IMG/VR virus record: IMGVR_UViG_3300023174_000064 | Location: 82,038 to 146,037 of that record | Origin: a virus | DNA length: 64,000 bases | Reading direction: 5' to 3' (one strand) | Shown: in pieces, positions 59,077 to 64,000 of the stretch | How the letters are laid out: the number at the start of each line of letters is the position of its first letter | How positions within the stretch are numbered: the first letter of the stretch is position 1 | The notes under the pieces: generated by a model | What the model saw: only the letters and a program-made list of their open reading frames with translations | What the model was told of the DNA's origin: nothing | Databases searched by the model: none | Translations under genes and position numbers: made by a program

Positions 59077-59291
59077 CAGACGAAGCAGACAACGACGAAG
59101 GCAACCCCAGCACCGCGAAGCGAGCCACCTACCATATCATCATCGAAGCCAGCGATGTGGAGGACACCGAGTTTCAGGTGGAGGAAGTGAACGACCTGAC
59201 CGAACAACTGGGCCGGATGCTTTCATTCAACGGCACGGTGTGGCTGGACGAGGTGGAGTACGACGAGGACACCAACGAGGAGGAAGTCTGA
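59073..59291 (+). CDS. Acidic early protein
   Basis: ATGA coupling. Confidence 0.65.
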   Translation: MTDEADNDEGNPSTAKRATYHIIIEASDVEDTEFQVEEVNDLTEQLGRMLSFNGTVWLDEVEYDEDTNEEEV

Positions 59292-59560
59292 TGGCAACGC
59301 TGCGAGCCTGTTACTTGAACGATCCCAACGCGATCCGTGACTTCATGGTGCGCCATGTGGTGTTCCGTGTGAAGTTCCGCAAGAAGGATGGCACGATCCG
59401 TAGCCTGCTGGGCACGGTGGAGCCGGGGTTTCTTGGTGTGAACACACCAAACGGCACAGGCAATCCGAACTATGACGAAGCCATCCCTGTCTACGACATG
59501 GAGAGGCAAGCATGGCGTGCGTTCAAGCCGGACAATGTGTTGGAACTTCACTCTGTCTGA
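59291..59560 (+). CDS. WYL-like/SH3 (DUF2693-type) protein
   Basis: VKFRKKDGTIRSLLGT...VYDMERQAWRAFK. Confidence 0.78.
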   Translation: MATLRACYLNDPNAIRDFMVRHVVFRVKFRKKDGTIRSLLGTVEPGFLGVNTPNGTGNPNYDEAIPVYDMERQAWRAFKPDNVLELHSV

Positions 59561-59630
59561 AATAATTTCAGAAATCACTTGACACTCACCCCAAACTGTG
59601 GTACAATCCACACAACGAAAGGACACACAC

Positions 59631-59957
59631 ATGACGAACGACCAATGGAAACTGTGGGAAGACAGCATGGCACTTGCACCTGAAATCACGACGGCAATGT
59701 TCAATGCCCGCGTGAAGGAGATGACGCAGGCCGAAGTGATTGACCTGTCTCGTTGCCTGCTGACCGTGACTCGCTGCATTGAGAGTCTCGCTGCTGGCCG
59801 CATCACGGAGAAGCGTGATGTGGAGGACTTGGCTGACCTCACCATGAGCATGATGAGCGGAATGTACGGCAGGCTGATGGGGTTGGCAAGGGCGTATGAC
59901 ACGCTCATCACCAAGCAGGTGATGCTGGAGGCTGAACTGGCCTCGACGGGGAAGTGA
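59631..59957 (+). CDS. Early hypothetical protein
   Basis: Promoter plus AAAGGA RBS. Confidence 0.7.
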   Translation: MTNDQWKLWEDSMALAPEITTAMFNARVKEMTQAEVIDLSRCLLTVTRCIESLAAGRITEKRDVEDLADLTMSMMSGMYGRLMGLARAYDTLITKQVMLEAELASTGK

Positions 59958-60026
59958 TACTGGTTTGGGGTTGCCTGCCGCCGGATGAAACACTCCGGCG
60001 GTAGGTTTATGGAGGAAGCACACTCA

Positions 60027-60230
60027 ATGTACATCGTTCTCGCTGTGGCAATCCTTGCCACCATCATCGTTCTTGGCATCCAGTTTGTTCTGTTCGTGAT
60101 CGACCACGAACGCCGCGAACAACTCCGCGACCTGTACGAAGCCAAGCAGGACAAGTTCCTGAATGTGTACACCAAGTCCGATAACAACAGCAAGTACCGC
60201 AAGACCAAGCAGACCAAGCGAAAGAAATAA
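60027..60230 (+). CDS. Small single-TM protein
   Basis: GGAGG RBS; N-terminal hydrophobic helix. Confidence 0.6.
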   Translation: MYIVLAVAILATIIVLGIQFVLFVIDHERREQLRDLYEAKQDKFLNVYTKSDNNSKYRKTKQTKRKK

Positions 60231-60293
60231 TTTCAGAAGTGGGCTTGACACACACCACACCTTGTGGTACAATCCCAGCACGAAGGAAACACC

Positions 60294-60890
60294 ATGACAA
60301 CCCCCAAGTTCAACATCGTCCAAGTGTACGCCAGTCTGAACGCCAAGCCCGGAGGCTCGCAGCACACTCGTCTGCTGTGTGTGGAGATGGGCATTGTGTT
60401 TGTGACTGTCACCTCGCCTGCCACAGACGGTGGTTGGACTTCACAGTACCTGTGGTGCTGGCCCCGTGTGAACGGTCTGTCTCAAACATGGCTGCTGGGT
60501 GACAACATCGGCGGCAAGGACGGCAAGCCGTGGACACGCAACGATCCCAACACAGCGGTGGACGGCATGGGCATTCCATACGCTCACACCGATGCGGTGG
60601 CACACATCACCGCGCTGGCAGCAGCCGGGTATGTGGATTGGAGCAAGGCTGCCTACAGCGGCAGACCGATTCCCAATCTGTTCAGCGATGCCACCCTGAT
60701 GCCACAGTCTTACGCCAAGGTGACTCCACCCGGCAAGCCCACGCAACGACAGGCTTCCAACGATCCGCTGCAAGTGCAGGGACAAAGCCCGGTTCACGAA
60801 ATCGCTGATCTCATCAACTCGTTGGGGATTCAGACTGTGTTTCCCACCACCGAAGATATGAACGCCATCAGCAAGATGAACCCGCTATGA
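60294..60890 (+). CDS. Early hypothetical protein
   Basis: Promoter plus AAGGA RBS. Confidence 0.72.
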   Translation: MTTPKFNIVQVYASLNAKPGGSQHTRLLCVEMGIVFVTVTSPATDGGWTSQYLWCWPRVNGLSQTWLLGDNIGGKDGKPWTRNDPNTAVDGMGIPYAHTDAVAHITALAAAGYVDWSKAAYSGRPIPNLFSDATLMPQSYAKVTPPGKPTQRQASNDPLQVQGQSPVHEIADLINSLGIQTVFPTTEDMNAISKMNPL

Positions 60891-61222
60891 AGAATCCAAA
60901 CATGACATCACAGGAATACATGGAACGGTTGCGTGAGGAAGGTGCAGCAGGCATCGGGTGGTTCAACCACCGTGGCGTGCGGTACACTCTGAAAACCAGC
61001 AGGCGAAATACCATCCCGGTGCAGACCGCACTTCACATTCTGTTGCTGGAAGGATGGACGGATGTGGAGTACTACACCGCACTTCGGGTGTACCGTGCCC
61101 GGAACCCGGATGGTGAATGGGTCGATATGTCGGTGGACACCGTGCGGTGGACTGCACTTCACATTGTGTACTGTGGAATGAAAAAGACGAAAAGTTCATT
61201 TGACAACCCGCAACCTGTGTGA
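60887..61222 (+). CDS. Early hypothetical protein
   Basis: ATGA coupling. Confidence 0.6.
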   Translation: MKNPNMTSQEYMERLREEGAAGIGWFNHRGVRYTLKTSRRNTIPVQTALHILLLEGWTDVEYYTALRVYRARNPDGEWVDMSVDTVRWTALHIVYCGMKKTKSSFDNPQPV

Positions 61223-61234
61223 TACAATACCACC

Positions 61235-61435
61235 ATGCCAAAGCGACACATCGACCAATTCGACATTGAAGCAGAGCGTGAAGGTGCAGCCGTGCGTCTG
61301 TCCGGCCAGCAGGTGTGCAAGCCGTTTGGCTATGGCCGTGGTATCACCAAGCAGCGTCGAATGCAGAAGGACGGCGCAGCCAAGGTGGAGTGCCGTACCA
61401 TCAAGCAATCGTTCGGAAAGTTTTCCTATGCGTAA
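61235..61435 (+). CDS. Leaderless basic early protein
   Basis: ATG 6 nt after TACAAT. Confidence 0.65.
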   Translation: MPKRHIDQFDIEAEREGAAVRLSGQQVCKPFGYGRGITKQRRMQKDGAAKVECRTIKQSFGKFSYA

Positions 61436-61640
61436 GTGCATGAAGTGTGACTGCGAGATTCCTGCTGTTCGGTTGGAAGCCCTGCCGTACACCACGACCT
61501 GTGTGAAGTGCAGCACCACCAAGGCATATGTGGGGTTCATGTCATTTGCCCACAAGACCGCCCCCGACATTGTGATGGTCAACCCTGATGACAGGGAGAA
61601 CTTGCGTCGGGCTGTGGCGATCCATGAAAGGCGACGATAA
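61428..61640 (+). CDS. TraR/DksA C4-type zinc finger protein
   Basis: CMKCDCEIPAVRLEALPYTTTCVKC. Confidence 0.8.
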   Translation: MRKCMKCDCEIPAVRLEALPYTTTCVKCSTTKAYVGFMSFAHKTAPDIVMVNPDDRENLRRAVAIHERRR

Positions 61641-61930
61641 TGTGCAACACATGGCGTGAACGATACGGCCCAGCAGTAGACTCCGATCAGACTGTGGAGT
61701 GTGTGATGTGTGGTTACACACTACATGGCGATGATCCACCAATCGGCGTGGTGTGTCTTGATTGCTGGAATGGTGGTCAGATTCTCCGTGACCGCGTGGT
61801 GTGCAACGGCTGTGCGTCCGATAACGGATGGCACGGCGACAAGACCACCACCGATACACACCCTGATGGATTCACCTGCGATGAGTGTGGCGAAACTTTC
61901 CCTTGCGAAAATCTTTCGGAAAACACTTGA
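61640..61930 (+). CDS. Cys-rich early protein
   Basis: TAATG coupling; four CxxC motifs. Confidence 0.6.
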   Translation: MCNTWRERYGPAVDSDQTVECVMCGYTLHGDDPPIGVVCLDCWNGGQILRDRVVCNGCASDNGWHGDKTTTDTHPDGFTCDECGETFPCENLSENT

Positions 61931-61961
61931 CACCCACCACTCCCTGTGGTACAATACACAC

Positions 61962-62171
61962 ATGAGCAACGACGATCTCGACCACCTGTGCAAGATGCTG
62001 CAAAACTCCCACGACACCGCCTCCAAGGTGACTGGCATGGATGACACCATGTTCTTGCAGGCGTTGGATGGCATCAAGTGGCTGCGTGCCAAGTTGAAGC
62101 AGTACCAGCGAGCAGAGGCAGCAGCCGCAATGGATCGGCTGTCACAGTTTGACGAGGAGAACGGCCTGTGA
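61962..62171 (+). CDS. Leaderless early protein
   Basis: ATG 6 nt after TACAAT. Confidence 0.7.
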   Translation: MSNDDLDHLCKMLQNSHDTASKVTGMDDTMFLQALDGIKWLRAKLKQYQRAEAAAAMDRLSQFDEENGL

Positions 62172-62419
62172 ACAACCCATACAACGAACTACCACACCCG
62201 GTGTTCCTGCGATATGTGGCACAGAACGACTACATGATCGACGGGTACTACCTGCCGGAAGGTGTGCGACTGAACGCAGCGGCGGATGAACTGGAGTCTC
62301 TACAGATTCGGTACGACGAACTGTGGAAGGCACACCAGCGGCTGGCACAGACCTGCAAGGAAGCAGAGGAGCGTGTTGACACTCTCCTAGAGCGTGTGAA
62401 AGAACGAGTACGCCCATGA
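62168..62419 (+). CDS. Early coiled-coil protein
   Basis: GTGA coupling. Confidence 0.6.
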   Translation: MNNPYNELPHPVFLRYVAQNDYMIDGYYLPEGVRLNAAADELESLQIRYDELWKAHQRLAQTCKEAEERVDTLLERVKERVRP

Positions 62420-62748
62420 GTGACTACAAGCAGGCTGAACACTATGCAGGCATGAGCATCGAACGATGGGAAAGCCTGATGAAGAAGGTGGACGCAAACA
62501 CCGCAAGTGATGCAGACTTGACACCGGGCGAGCGTGGTGCTGGCTGGCACTTCTGCTCGCTGGGCTGGGATGGTCTGCTGATCTCTCCCATCGACTTGGA
62601 GTACAAGCATTGCGGATGCCCGGACAAGCAGCACCACAAGCGGGAGGCTTCATACTATGAACGGCTGCTGAAGGTAAAGCAATGGATCAAAGCAGAACCA
62701 CGAGACTACCCCCAAGACTTTCAAGAAAAGTTTGGAAATAAGGATTGA
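62416..62748 (+). CDS. Early hypothetical protein
   Basis: ATGA coupling; GWHFC..WDGLLI motif. Confidence 0.65.
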   Translation: MSDYKQAEHYAGMSIERWESLMKKVDANTASDADLTPGERGAGWHFCSLGWDGLLISPIDLEYKHCGCPDKQHHKREASYYERLLKVKQWIKAEPRDYPQDFQEKFGNKD

Positions 62749-62779
62749 CAACATCCACAACCTGTGGTACAATACACAC

Positions 62780-63124
62780 ATGACCAAGACCAAAGCCAAG
62801 ATCGTTTCGCACAAGCCGAAGTTCCTGCCACTCAACCGTCCTGTCAAGGGCACGGTGGGCCTGCAAGTTCACTTCGACGGCTACGCTCTGCCCAACTTTG
62901 GCGAGAGCGACACGGAGGTAGAAGTTCTCCGTGACATCCGTGAGGAGTTGGGCAAGCCGTTCAACAAGCGGATTGTGTACGCAGGCGATGGTGGTTCGAT
63001 GGACTACTTCTACATGGAGTGGGAAGGCAAGCCCAAGGACATGGCTCGTCTTGCCAAGTGGTTCCGTGAGGGCGACCAGTATCCTTTGCTCGCCATTCAC
63101 ACCGTGGAAATCTTCAAGATTTGA
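62780..63124 (+). CDS. Leaderless early protein
   Basis: ATG 6 nt after TACAAT. Confidence 0.72.
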   Translation: MTKTKAKIVSHKPKFLPLNRPVKGTVGLQVHFDGYALPNFGESDTEVEVLRDIREELGKPFNKRIVYAGDGGSMDYFYMEWEGKPKDMARLAKWFREGDQYPLLAIHTVEIFKI

Positions 63125-63161
63125 TCTTGACACACACCCAAACATCAGGTACAATACACAC

Positions 63162-63593
63162 ATGACCAAGACCAACAACAACCGTGTGCGAGCCAAGGCC
63201 CGCAAGTCCCCGAAGTCTCTCCGTGATCTGAACACGGCCAAGATGAATGCCGTGATGTACAAGTTCATCCCGGCTGTCTACGATCTCCATGTGGAGTTCA
63301 CACTCACGGGCGATCAGGACTTGAATGATCCGGTGGACTTCCTGCCACGCAACCTGTCTCGACTGGAGATGGGTAGCGGTTACTGCATGATGACGGGAAT
63401 GCGTGACTTTCACTTCCGTGGCACAGAGCAGGAGATGAAGAACATCATGCGCCAGTTCTGTTCCAGCCCGTTCAAGGTGTACAAGTTCTATGTGTACCCG
63501 GACGGAGATCACTTCAACGAGTTCAACGACAGCGTGCGGCAGAAGGCGTTTGCCCGTGCAGAGCGTCGGGCCAAGACCAAGAGGAGCAAGTGA
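63162..63593 (+). CDS. Leaderless early protein
   Basis: ATG 6 nt after TACAAT. Confidence 0.72.
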   Translation: MTKTNNNRVRAKARKSPKSLRDLNTAKMNAVMYKFIPAVYDLHVEFTLTGDQDLNDPVDFLPRNLSRLEMGSGYCMMTGMRDFHFRGTEQEMKNIMRQFCSSPFKVYKFYVYPDGDHFNEFNDSVRQKAFARAERRAKTKRSK

Positions 63594-63892
63594 TGGACGG
63601 CATCATCAGCACATTCAAGTCTCGCTACGGCGACACACGCACCGTGACCCAACTGGACGAGGAGACTCTGATCCTTGAAGGCACAACCATGTACACCCGT
63701 GGAAGTGATGGTGATGACGGGCAACTCATGGTGGACTTTGAGGGTGGCCCGTTCCTGACCAAAGGCATGGACATCCGGGTACACTTGGGATGCCCGATGG
63801 ATGGTGTCATCAAGACCATGCGGTTCCTGCCCAGCGACCGACCCAACCACGCCAAGGTTGAGGTGAAGATCAAGCCCGGTCAGCAGCGTTGA
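63593..63892 (+). CDS. Early hypothetical protein
   Basis: TGATG coupling; SRYGD.R...VDFEGGPFL motif. Confidence 0.7.
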   Translation: MDGIISTFKSRYGDTRTVTQLDEETLILEGTTMYTRGSDGDDGQLMVDFEGGPFLTKGMDIRVHLGCPMDGVIKTMRFLPSDRPNHAKVEVKIKPGQQR

Positions 63893-63958
63893 AACTGCCC
63901 CGGCCACTTTGACGGCTGTGTGCGTACAACCGTTCGTGTTGACTTATTCATCGGCCTT

Positions 63959-63991
63959 GCCCCCTCCGTTATGGGGGCTTTTTTGTTTTTT
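63959..63991 (+). terminator. Intrinsic terminator
   Basis: GCCCCC...GGGGGC followed by TTTTTTG. Confidence 0.75.
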
Positions 63992-64000
63992 GTTGATAGT

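Larger units (their letters stand above)
50319..63155 (+). promoter_or_regulatory. Array of 24 plus-strand sigma70-consensus early promoters
   Basis: TTGAC(A/T/C)-N17-TAnnnT with -35 at 50319, 51003, 51593, 51823, 52518, 53102, 53517, 53710, 54557, 55613, 55950, 56393, 56747, 57042, 57423, 57967, 58477, 58868, 59579, 60245, 61200, 61927, 62745, 63127. Confidence 0.9.
50954..64000. repeat. Dispersed GTTGATAGTA motif, 8 copies
   Basis: 50954, 51485, 52337, 52797, 54449, 55104, 55310 (minus), 63992 (truncated). Confidence 0.88.

Noticed and set aside
50954-63155. CRISPR array or integron cassette array interpretation of the repeats
   Set aside because: Repeats are promoters or 10-mers with irregular spacing; no constant-length spacers, no attC-type inverted cores, no cas or integrase gene in the window
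50300-64000. Many overlapping minus-strand and alternate-frame ORFs in the ORF track
   Set aside because: Shadow ORFs of GC-rich DNA; the promoter-anchored plus-strand ORFs tile the region and have consistent codon bias
1-64000. Alternative genetic code
   Set aside because: Conserved genes are intact in the standard code, and no suppressor tRNA was seen

Overview
A 64 kb segment of a large T4-like myovirus genome in three blocks. (1) 1-24.7 kb is an AT-rich virion morphogenesis module: portal 5' end, tail tube and sheath, terminase, neck, a long fibre-like protein, baseplate, then gp32 and gp33, with TATAAATA late promoters. (2) 24.7-50 kb holds accessory genes: a Cys-rich RCC1 protein, a SpoU methylase, UvsE, GuaC, 7 tRNAs and a PEP-CTERM-like protein that suggests a Planctomycetota host. 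At 36.7-49.9 kb, about 10-14 unrelated proteins start with a T4 capsid-targeting-like peptide (MKSF.Q.L.E). (3) 50-64 kb is abruptly GC-rich and on the opposite strand. It is built from about 24 consensus sigma70 promoter-plus-microgene cassettes, most with the start codon 6-7 nt after the -10 box (predicted leaderless mRNAs). It also has divergent promoters driving non-coding RNAs, an 8-copy GTTGATAGTA motif placed after hairpins, and AT-rich GTTAAGATT iterations. The strongest candidates for an undescribed system are this leaderless cassette array with its non-coding modules, and the tagged cargo array. All calls come from motif recognition by eye; no searches were run.
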